From Gemmatimonadota bacterium (GTDB taxonomy: Bacteria > Gemmatimonadota > Gemmatimonadetes > Gemmatimonadales > GWC2-71-9), in assembly GCA_039930765.1 (NCBI GenBank), contig JBDTTF010000285.1, positions 2,869 to 66,868 on the forward strand: 64,000 nt of DNA, read 5' to 3'. A model generated the notes under the pieces. That model had not been told where the DNA came from and did no database searches. It saw only the letters and a program-made list of their open reading frames with translations. Each line of letters begins with the position of its first letter. Positions within the stretch are counted from its first letter, which is position 1. This document shows, in pieces, positions 18,887 to 26,793 of this stretch. Both the position numbers and the translations under genes were made by a program.

Positions 18887-20017
18887 ATGCGCATCGGCAT
18901 CACCTGCTATCCCACCTACGGCGGCTCCGGCGCCCTCGCCACCGAGCTCGGGCTCGAGCTTGCCCGGCGCGGCCACGAGGTTCATTTCATTACCTATGCC
19001 TCACCGTTCCGGCTCCGGACCGGCGGCTATGTCGAGCGGGTCTATTTCCATGAGGTCGAGACCCGGATGGGTCGCTACCCGCTGTTCGAGCACTATCCGT
19101 ATACCCTGGCCCTGGCGTCCAAGCAGCACGAGGTGGCCAAGCGGGAAAACCTCGACCTGCTGCACGTCCACTACGCCATTCCGCACGCCGCGGCGGCCCA
19201 CCTGGCCAGTGAGATGCTCAAGCCGGAGCGCGAACTGCGGATCATCACGACCCTGCACGGAACCGACATTACCCTGGTAGGCCAGGAAGCCAGCTTCTAC
19301 GCCATCACCAAATTCTCGATCGAACAATCACACCGGGTGACCGCGGTCTCGGACTTCCTTCGGGACGAGACCTACCGGGCGTTCGGTTGTGTCACCTGCG
19401 ACCTCAAGGTCATTCCCAATTTCGTCAACCTCGGAGAGTATCGGGCGGTCGAGAATCCGGTGCGCCAGGGGCTGGCGCCGGACGATCACAAGATCATCTG
19501 TCACGTCTCCAATTTTCGTGAAGTCAAGCGGATCAAGGACGTCGTCAGAGTCTTTGCCCGGATCCGGCGCGCCATGCCGGCCACGCTGCTGATGGTCGGT
19601 GATGGCCCCGACCGTGGCGAGGCGGAAAAGGAAGCGACCGAGCTGGGGGTGGCCCCGGATGTCCGGTTCCTCGGCCGGCTCGAGCACGTCGCCTCGATCC
19701 TGCAGTGCAGCGACCTGTTCCTGCTGCCCTCACAGTCGGAATCGTTCGGCCTGGCTGCGCTGGAGGCCATGGCCTGCGGCGCGCCGGTCGTGGCCTCGCG
19801 AGCGGGCGGGTTGCCCGAGGTCATCACCGACGGGGTCAACGGCATCCTGGAGCCGGTCGGATCGGTCGAGGCCATGGGCCGCCGGGCGGTCGATCTGCTG
19901 CGCGATCCCGACGCGCATCGCCAAATGCGGAATGCCGCCATCACCGCGGCCCAGTCCTTTTCGGCCGACCGGATCGTCCCGATGTATGAATCACTCTATA
20001 AGGAAGCGCTGTCCTGA
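18887..20017 (+). CDS. bshA: N-acetyl-alpha-D-glucosaminyl L-malate synthase (bacillithiol glycosyltransferase)
   Basis: MRIGITCYPTYGGSG, HVHYAIPHA, TTLHGTDIT, SNFR.VKR, ESFGLAALEAMACG. Confidence 0.92.
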   Translation: MRIGITCYPTYGGSGALATELGLELARRGHEVHFITYASPFRLRTGGYVERVYFHEVETRMGRYPLFEHYPYTLALASKQHEVAKRENLDLLHVHYAIPHAAAAHLASEMLKPERELRIITTLHGTDITLVGQEASFYAITKFSIEQSHRVTAVSDFLRDETYRAFGCVTCDLKVIPNFVNLGEYRAVENPVRQGLAPDDHKIICHVSNFREVKRIKDVVRVFARIRRAMPATLLMVGDGPDRGEAEKEATELGVAPDVRFLGRLEHVASILQCSDLFLLPSQSESFGLAALEAMACGAPVVASRAGGLPEVITDGVNGILEPVGSVEAMGRRAVDLLRDPDAHRQMRNAAITAAQSFSADRIVPMYESLYKEALS

Positions 20018-20820
20018 TGCCCTGGCTTGATGCGGTGCTCCTCGGCCTGGTCGAAGGGATCACGGAGTTTCTGCCGGTGTCGTCCACCGGTCACCTGATC
20101 GTGACCGGCGACTGGCTCAATCTCACCGGTGAACGCTGGAAGACGTTCGAGATCTTCATCCAGCTCGGCGCCATCCTGGCCGTGGCGTGGTTCTACCGGA
20201 TCCGGCTCGCCGCCACCATCAAGAGCGCCACCGTTCCCGGCGACGGCCAGCGGCTCATTATCAACCTGGCCCTGGGTTTCCTGCCAGCCGGCGCCATCGG
20301 TCTCCTGCTGCATCACTGGGTCAAGGAGCATCTCTTCTCGCCACTGGTGGTCGGGGCCGCATTGATGGTCGGTGGCGCCATCATCCTGGTGATCGAGCGC
20401 TGGCGGCCGCGCAGCAAGGTCTACGAACTCAACGAGATCACTCCGGCGCTGGCGTTCGGGATCGGCTGCTGCCAGGTGCTGGCGCTGATTCCCGGTGTCA
20501 GCCGCTCGGGCGCCACCATCATGGGCGGCTATTCGCTCGGCCTGGCCCGGGTGGCGGCGACCGAATTCTCGTTTTTCCTCGCCCTGCCCACCATGTGTGC
20601 TGCCACCCTGTACGATCTGCTCAAGAGCCGGGGAGCGCTATCCGCCGCTGACATCCCGATCTTCACCATCGGGTTCGTGGTCAGCTTCCTGTCGGCGCTG
20701 GTGGTAATCCGGAGTTTTCTGAAATTCGTGACCCAGCATGATTTCCGCGGCTTTGCGTGGTATCGGCTGGCCTTCGGCGCGCTGTTGCTGTTCCTCTACC
20801 GCCACGCGGCCGGAGTGTGA
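20017..20820 (+). CDS. uppP: Undecaprenyl-diphosphatase (BacA)
   Basis: EGITEFLPVSSTGH, IQLGAILAV, PGVSRSGATI, EFSFFL, FAWYR. Confidence 0.96.
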   Translation: MPWLDAVLLGLVEGITEFLPVSSTGHLIVTGDWLNLTGERWKTFEIFIQLGAILAVAWFYRIRLAATIKSATVPGDGQRLIINLALGFLPAGAIGLLLHHWVKEHLFSPLVVGAALMVGGAIILVIERWRPRSKVYELNEITPALAFGIGCCQVLALIPGVSRSGATIMGGYSLGLARVAATEFSFFLALPTMCAATLYDLLKSRGALSAADIPIFTIGFVVSFLSALVVIRSFLKFVTQHDFRGFAWYRLAFGALLLFLYRHAAGV

Positions 20821-21539
20821 ACCAGGCCGCGCTGCTTCACCGTCACGACCAACTTCCCTCGACCCTCGACACGCTGCATCAGCTGGCGGAATCCGGCGCG
20901 GTGGCAGGCACGGCGGTTGTGGCCGTCGAGCAGACCGCCGGCCGGGGTAGCCGAGGCCGTATTTGGCACTCGCCGCGCGGCGGACTCTGGCTCGCGTGGC
21001 TGTGCCGACCGACGTCCGCGGTGGCCGGGGAAGTGCTTTCACTGCGGGTGGGAATGGCGATCGCCTCGGTGCTCGATCAACTGGGTGATCTGCCCGCCGT
21101 CGAGCTCAAGTGGCCCAACGACGTGTTGATCGGCGGGAAAAAGGTGGCGGGCATCCTGTGTGAAGCCCGGTGGCAGGGTGGCGCGCCGGGATGGATCGCG
21201 GTCGGGATCGGTCTCAATGTCCAGAATCCAATTCCCGACGAGGTGCGATCGACCGCCACACGGCTGGGGGATTTCTGCTCCGATGTCACCGCCGATTCGT
21301 TGCTGACCGTACTGCTGCCGGCGCTCGAGCAGATCAAGACCCTACCGCCGGAGCTCACCCCCGCCGAACTGGCCTGTTTTGCCGGGCGCGATTTCCTGAA
21401 GGGCCGGGCCTTGCGGCAGCCGGTGGCGGGGGTGGCGCGCGGCATCGACGGTGCCGGCTCGCTTCGGGTCGAAGTCGCCGATGGAATCGTGGCCGAGGTG
21501 AGGGCGGGGCACGTGGTGCTGGAGGAATCGGTGCGCTAG
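20817..21539 (+). CDS. birA: Biotin-[acetyl-CoA-carboxylase] ligase without N-terminal HTH
   Basis: QTAGRG.RGR.W.SP, LKWPNDV, KKVAGILCE, GIGLNV; GTGA overlap start. Confidence 0.92.
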   Translation: MNQAALLHRHDQLPSTLDTLHQLAESGAVAGTAVVAVEQTAGRGSRGRIWHSPRGGLWLAWLCRPTSAVAGEVLSLRVGMAIASVLDQLGDLPAVELKWPNDVLIGGKKVAGILCEARWQGGAPGWIAVGIGLNVQNPIPDEVRSTATRLGDFCSDVTADSLLTVLLPALEQIKTLPPELTPAELACFAGRDFLKGRALRQPVAGVARGIDGAGSLRVEVADGIVAEVRAGHVVLEESVR

Positions 21540-21583
21540 AGGGCCACCCTCCTCCTTCGTGCTTACCGCTTTAGATTCTTCTC

Positions 21584-22363
21584 ATGCTGCTCACTGTCGA
21601 TATCGGCAATACCGAGATCACCCTGGGACTCTTTCACGGGGAATCCCTGGCTGGCCGCTGGCGGGTCACTACCAATCCCGACCGGACCCCGGACGAATGG
21701 GCCGTGGCCATCGGGGCGTTTTTCCTTCACGCCGGCCTGTCACCCAGCCAGGTACGGGCCTCCTGCCTGGCGTCGGTGGCGCCGGTGGTAACCCAGAGTG
21801 TGCAGGAAGGAATCCGGATGGCCACCGGCCGGCATTCACTGGCCATTGATGCCTCCTCGGCCCTGCCGGTTACCCTGGATGTCGACGAACCGAGGACGGT
21901 TGGCGCGGACCGGATCGTCAACACCCTGGCGGCCGTCTCCCTCTATCGCCGGGACACGCTGGTGGTGGACTTCGGGACGGCCACGACATTTGACTGCATC
22001 ACCGCCGACTCCCGCTTCATCGGCGGCGTCATCATGCCGGGCCTCCGGACCTCGGCCGATCAGCTGACCCGTCGCGCGGCCAAGCTGCCGGCCACCGAAT
22101 TGCGGCCGCCGGAGCGGGTCATCGGCCGACGGACCGAAGAATGCATCAGGGCCGGCGTGCTGTTCGGCACCGCCGATGCCGTTGACGGTATCGTGGCCAG
22201 GATCAAGGCCGAGTGGCCGGCTGGCGGCAATCCCAAGGTCATCGCGACCGGTGGACTGGCCGGCACCATTGCGCCGCTCACCAAGTCGATCGAAGGGGTC
22301 GAGCCTGACCTGACCCTGCACGGACTCCGCATCGCGGCCGGCCACCTCGGCCTGGCCTGGTGA
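21584..22363 (+). CDS. coaX: Type III pantothenate kinase
   Basis: DIGNT, VGADRIVN, VDFGTATTFD, GG.I.PG, ATGG. Confidence 0.95.
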   Translation: MLLTVDIGNTEITLGLFHGESLAGRWRVTTNPDRTPDEWAVAIGAFFLHAGLSPSQVRASCLASVAPVVTQSVQEGIRMATGRHSLAIDASSALPVTLDVDEPRTVGADRIVNTLAAVSLYRRDTLVVDFGTATTFDCITADSRFIGGVIMPGLRTSADQLTRRAAKLPATELRPPERVIGRRTEECIRAGVLFGTADAVDGIVARIKAEWPAGGNPKVIATGGLAGTIAPLTKSIEGVEPDLTLHGLRIAAGHLGLAW

Positions 22364-23298
22364 CGCACCCTGCGGCCACCACGCCGGCGCGCCGAACAGG
22401 CTACCGGCTGCTGGGCTCGTCGTTCGATTACATCCTGCATCTTCGACCGGCCGAATGGCCGATCATGACCGCGCACACCACCGTCGGCTACCTGCTGGCG
22501 GTCGGCTGGTCGGGGCTTTGGCACGGTGACCAGATCCTGCCTCTGCTTCTGGGCCTGCTCATCTGGGTGCTGCTGCTGAATGGCGGAACTCTGGCCATCA
22601 ACAGCGCCTTTGACCATGACACCGGCGACATCGGCTATCTCACCGCGCCACCAGTTGCCCCCAGGGGTCTCGGGGCGTTCGGCTTGGCGCTGATGGCGCT
22701 GGGGCAGGCGCTGGCCTTCCTGCTGCCACCGCTGTTCGTCAAGGCGTACGCGATCTGCTTCATCATGTCGCTGGCCTACTCGGTGCCGCCGATCCGCCTC
22801 AAGGCGGTGGCCGGATTTGACTGGGTCATCAACATGTGGGGCTTTGGCACCCTGACTGCGCTGGCTGGTTTCGCGGTGACCGGTAGGCCAGTGACCACCG
22901 TGTCGGCGCTCGTGCTGCTGGCCTTTTGTCCGCTGTTTGCCGCGCTGTACCCGCTGACCCAGTTGTACCAGTTCGAGGCTGACCGGCTCCACGGCGACCG
23001 CACTCTCGCGCTGGTGCTTGGCATGCGCCTGAGCCTGCAGGTGGCGGTGGTCGGCGTCGGCCTGGCTTTCGGACTGTTGATCTGGGCGGGCATGCTGAGT
23101 GAATGGGGACTGGGAGCGGCAGGGATTGCCCGATGGGCTGGGCTCGGGCTGGCCTTGGCAGCGTGGCTCAGGCTGCTGCTGCCGTGGCTCCGCCATTATC
23201 GCAGCTGGACTCCGGCGCTCCACCAGCGCGGGATGTACGATGCCCTGGCGGTATGGGCCCTGACCGACCTCGTCGTGCTCGCGGCCTGGGCCACCTGA
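22360..23298 (+). CDS. UbiA-superfamily prenyltransferase, atypical motifs
   Basis: Multi-TM protein; NSAFDHDTGD, YSVPPIRLK, QLYQFEADRLHGDRTLA. Confidence 0.8.
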   Translation: MTHPAATTPARRTGYRLLGSSFDYILHLRPAEWPIMTAHTTVGYLLAVGWSGLWHGDQILPLLLGLLIWVLLLNGGTLAINSAFDHDTGDIGYLTAPPVAPRGLGAFGLALMALGQALAFLLPPLFVKAYAICFIMSLAYSVPPIRLKAVAGFDWVINMWGFGTLTALAGFAVTGRPVTTVSALVLLAFCPLFAALYPLTQLYQFEADRLHGDRTLALVLGMRLSLQVAVVGVGLAFGLLIWAGMLSEWGLGAAGIARWAGLGLALAAWLRLLLPWLRHYRSWTPALHQRGMYDALAVWALTDLVVLAAWAT

Positions 23299-23417
23299 GC
23301 CTCTTGGCGGGCTCGGCGGGGCCGGGCTAGATTTGGCTCCAGTTGAGGGCTGTTCAGCAGGTGACCACTACTGTCCGCGATCTCCGCGGGCCACACTTCT
23401 CAGACTCGGGAGCCGGC

Positions 23418-24047
23418 ATGAGCTCGGTAGTCGCCACCCGGATGGATGCGGACAGGACCAACGCGGCCTTCGTCTTCCAGGCCTCGGTGAAGCTGGGAGT
23501 CATCGAGTCGGTCATCGTGCTGCTGTTTGCGCTGGTCTCAAGAATGCTCGATGGCGTCCCCGAGCTGGCGCTCGAAGCGGTGCTGCTGCTGATCGGACTC
23601 ACGGCCGTCACGGCGCTGCCGGGGTTCTGGACCAGGGCCCGCACCATTGAAGGGATCGCCGGCGCCGCCGGGATCGGATTGGGCGCCACCGTTGTCTTCA
23701 CCCTGATCGATGCCATCCTGTTCCAGCACGTGCATCTCTACAGTCACCGCTGGCTCGATGTCGGCGGCGGCAGCAACTGGTGGTACCTCCCGGTCTGGTG
23801 GATGGTCGGCACCCTGGTGCCGTGGCTGGGTGCCTGGATTCTCGCCAATCAGGCTGACAAGTCCGGCACGCCGTCGGTGCCGACGCTCATGATCACCTCC
23901 CTGGTACTCGCGATCGTGGTGGCAGCCGTGGCGGTGGTGGCGGGCTTCCCGGGCGCGGCCTGGGGCATCGGTACCTTCGGTGTCGCCTTCCTGCCGGGCC
24001 TTGCCCTTGCCACGCTGATCTCGGTTCTCGGTGCCCGGCGCACCTAG
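23418..24047 (+). CDS. Hypothetical polytopic membrane protein
   Basis: GGAG SD before ATG 23418; about 6 hydrophobic segments; GGGSNWWYLPVWW motif. Confidence 0.75.
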   Translation: MSSVVATRMDADRTNAAFVFQASVKLGVIESVIVLLFALVSRMLDGVPELALEAVLLLIGLTAVTALPGFWTRARTIEGIAGAAGIGLGATVVFTLIDAILFQHVHLYSHRWLDVGGGSNWWYLPVWWMVGTLVPWLGAWILANQADKSGTPSVPTLMITSLVLAIVVAAVAVVAGFPGAAWGIGTFGVAFLPGLALATLISVLGARRT

Positions 24048-24050
24048 CGG

Positions 24051-24392
24051 ATGCGCTGGCTTCGGATCCTCGCGCTGGTCATCGGCTGGCTGCTCTCGCC
24101 TCTGGTGGTGTGGGCAGCCTCTCTTTTGGGGGCCTGGGTAGGTGCCACCATCGGCCTGGCGCTGTCCACCGCCGATTCGGGACTGGTCAGTACCATCGTC
24201 GGCGGCGGTGCCGCTGGCATCGTGACGGTCTACCTCTGGATGCGGCTGCTGCGGCGTTCGCCGCGGCTGCGCCGATCGCTGGCCATCACCCGTGAGGGGA
24301 TTCCGATGACCGGCGAACTGCTCCAGGCCATTCACGAGACCGACGGTGCGGACAAAAAACCGGCCGAGCCTGCGTCCGAGACCCCGCCGTGA
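24051..24392 (+). CDS. Hypothetical small membrane protein
   Basis: Two hydrophobic segments; tightly packed in the run. Confidence 0.7.
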   Translation: MRWLRILALVIGWLLSPLVVWAASLLGAWVGATIGLALSTADSGLVSTIVGGGAAGIVTVYLWMRLLRRSPRLRRSLAITREGIPMTGELLQAIHETDGADKKPAEPASETPP

Positions 24393-24763
24393 AGCCGCAG
24401 CACTGGGCTGCCCTGATCGTGTTTGGGTGTAGTCACCCATCGCCGCCGCCCCCGAAATCGAACCCGCCACCCGCGGCACCGACGCCCAGCGAAACACTGG
24501 CACTGCCGGTGTCAGCTGGCGTATCGGTCTGGTTCGGCGACAGTCGTGATGATCACGACCAGAGCGGACAGAGCTGCCGCGAACGGGTGCTGACAATTCA
24601 CCGGGACACGAGCCGGATCCCGGTGCCGCTGCTGTACACCGCGACGGTTCCGAACCTCCTCGATGACTCGACCATCGAAGCCGAGCTCTGGCTGCACTGC
24701 AAGGTGCTGGATCGCTACCGGGTGAATCTCACCACTGGTCATCCCACCCTGATTGCTCGATGA
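24389..24763 (+). CDS. Hypothetical lipoprotein
   Basis: GTGA overlap start; short signal with lipobox-like VFGC, Pro-rich tether, small beta-rich domain. Confidence 0.65.
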   Translation: MKPQHWAALIVFGCSHPSPPPPKSNPPPAAPTPSETLALPVSAGVSVWFGDSRDDHDQSGQSCRERVLTIHRDTSRIPVPLLYTATVPNLLDDSTIEAELWLHCKVLDRYRVNLTTGHPTLIAR

Positions 24764-25731
24764 GGTCCGTGATTGCGGCCACTCTGCTGGCGGTGCCCGC
24801 GCTGTCGGCCCAGACCCCGGTGGTCGCGGTCGGGGCCTGGTTTCCTGATACGACCCGGGTCACGTGGCGAGCGGGTATCAACCAGCGGTTGGCGGGACCA
24901 GTGGGGTATGGATTGTACGCCACACTGCTCGAGGGCACCAAGCGGTTGCCCAACGCCTGGGGCGCCGAAGCAGACCTCAGCCTGTTCCGCGGCGGCCGCA
25001 GCGGGCTGTACGGACTCGGCAGCCTGGGGGGCGGCGTCATGCCGTCGGACCGGTTTCATGGCTGGTGGAGCTGGTCAGTCGGTGCGGGATGGGATCTCTA
25101 CCCCGCTCACTGGCTGACCTTGGCGGTGGAAGGGCGATGGCGGACGTTCAATCCCGGCGGGCAGCACGGCGTCGAGCTCGGCATCAGGCTGGGATTCGGC
25201 GGCAGTGACCAGCGGGGGTCGAACCTGCCGAGCGCCGCCGGCAATGCGGCGTATCCGCCCGTTGCTTCCGGTGGCTTCTCGACGTCCTCAGCGGTACCCC
25301 TCTCGATCCGGACCGGGACCGCTAGCGCGCGGGATGCGCTGATCGCCAATGTGCTGCGCACCGCGCAGGACGAAATGGGCACACCGTACAAATGGGGCGG
25401 GCAGGGTGAGAGCGGCTTCGACTGCTCGGGACTAATCCGCTACGCATACGGCAAGGAGGGAGTCGGTCTGCCGCGCCGCAGCGTCGACCAGGCCCAGGAA
25501 GGGAGTGAAGTCGAACGCTCGCTCGATGCGCTGCTGCCGGGAGATATCCTCACATTTCGACGGTCGGCCAATGGCCCGGTGACCCATGTCGGGCTGTATC
25601 TCGGAGACGGCCGGTTCATCCACAGCGCCAGCGGTGGCGTGCAGGTCAGCCGGCTCTCGGCCAGTGATGTCTACGGCAAGTGGTGGTGGCAGCGCTGGTC
25701 CGGGGCTCGACGGGTGGTGGCGATTCCATGA
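24760..25731 (+). CDS. NlpC/P60 (C40) peptidase with N-terminal putative outer-membrane beta-barrel
   Basis: Signal peptide; amphipathic beta strands ending LGIRLGFG; GTPYKWGG, FDCSGL, HVGLY, FIHS catalytic motifs. Confidence 0.85.
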   Translation: MRSVIAATLLAVPALSAQTPVVAVGAWFPDTTRVTWRAGINQRLAGPVGYGLYATLLEGTKRLPNAWGAEADLSLFRGGRSGLYGLGSLGGGVMPSDRFHGWWSWSVGAGWDLYPAHWLTLAVEGRWRTFNPGGQHGVELGIRLGFGGSDQRGSNLPSAAGNAAYPPVASGGFSTSSAVPLSIRTGTASARDALIANVLRTAQDEMGTPYKWGGQGESGFDCSGLIRYAYGKEGVGLPRRSVDQAQEGSEVERSLDALLPGDILTFRRSANGPVTHVGLYLGDGRFIHSASGGVQVSRLSASDVYGKWWWQRWSGARRVVAIP

Positions 25732-26708
25732 GGAGGGCAGGGATGATGTTCAGGCGTTTGGCGTTGACGGACCGGCGGGCCGTTGGACCAGCGGCGGCAG
25801 CAATGCGAGGTCGGTTCCCGGCTAGATCGGTCATCTCGCCGGTCTTGCCCGCCTCGACCGTCTCATCCGTCCTACCCGTCCTACCCGTCCTACCCGTCAT
25901 ATCCGTCCTGTTTGTCCTGCTGCTCCCGACAGGCCCGCTGTCGGCGCAAGGCCGCTGGCTCCCCGACGTCGCGCCGTTCAGCTACCCCAGCGCATCACCC
26001 CGAGTAACGGGCCTGGTCGGGCGGTATTTCCGGGCAACTACCAGTGACAACGATTTTGGTCCCAGCACCGAGGGGGAAGCCGCCATCGGCGGCAACCTGC
26101 CGCTGGTACTGCTCCGCCGAGGGCCTTCACCAATCTCACTCGGGTTCGGGGCGGAGGTGTATGGCCGGTTCAACCTGACCAATCCGAAGTCGGCGCTGGT
26201 GAGCAACGACTGGACGGTGGGGTTCAACATCAAGGCCGATTTCAGGAAGTGGCGGCCGGCCGTTGAGCTGTATCACGAGAGCAGTCACCTGGGTGACGAG
26301 TACCGCGATGACTACAACGCCACCCGACTCGACTGGACCCGTGAGCTGGCGGCCGGCTGGCTGGGCTACGTGGCGGGGCCGTTCACCCTGACCGGCGGCA
26401 TCACCCGGGTGCTGCGGGACCAGCTGGGACTGACTGGCTGGTCGACCGCCCTCGCCGCTGACTATCGTGGGCCGCTGGTTCGTCCGCTCGGCATCAGGCT
26501 GGCACCGGTGGCGGGGATTTACGCCGACTGGTGGGAGGACTCCGACTGGAAGGTCAGTACCTCCGCCCGGATCGGTGTCGCCATTCCGGGCGCGGTGCGG
26601 CACGAGTTCGGATTTGGCCTGATCGGCCACTGGGGCCGCTCGACCCAGCGGCAGTTCTACCAGCGGGCCAGTGAGTACTACGGCGCGGAGTTGCGATTCA
26701 CGCTGTAG
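25728..26708 (+). CDS. DUF1207-like outer-membrane beta-barrel protein (start uncertain)
   Basis: YHESSHLGDEY motif, alternating beta strands, C-terminal YYGAELRFTL; ATGA overlap at 25728. Confidence 0.7.
   Translation: MRRAGMMFRRLALTDRRAVGPAAAAMRGRFPARSVISPVLPASTVSSVLPVLPVLPVISVLFVLLLPTGPLSAQGRWLPDVAPFSYPSASPRVTGLVGRYFRATTSDNDFGPSTEGEAAIGGNLPLVLLRRGPSPISLGFGAEVYGRFNLTNPKSALVSNDWTVGFNIKADFRKWRPAVELYHESSHLGDEYRDDYNATRLDWTRELAAGWLGYVAGPFTLTGGITRVLRDQLGLTGWSTALAADYRGPLVRPLGIRLAPVAGIYADWWEDSDWKVSTSARIGVAIPGAVRHEFGFGLIGHWGRSTQRQFYQRASEYYGAELRFTL
25839..25919 (+). repeat. Nine tandem 9-nt units (consensus CCCGTCCTA)
   Basis: CCGGTCTTG CCCGCCTCG ACCGTCTCA TCCGTCCTA CCCGTCCTA CCCGTCCTA CCCGTCATA TCCGTCCTG TTTGTCCTG. 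Confidence 0.85.
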
Positions 26709-26734
26709 CCGAGTGCCCACCAACGGCGGACTGC

Positions 26735-26768
26735 AAACGGGGCCCGGAATCATCGATTCCGGGCCCCG
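26735..26768. terminator. Hairpin/terminator between convergent genes
   Basis: Perfect 14-bp stem CGGGGCCCGGAATC (26738-26751) / GATTCCGGGCCCCG (26755-26768); short T run on the minus strand. Confidence 0.75.
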
Positions 26769-26793
26769 CTCGTCCATCAGCGCTCGAGCTGCC

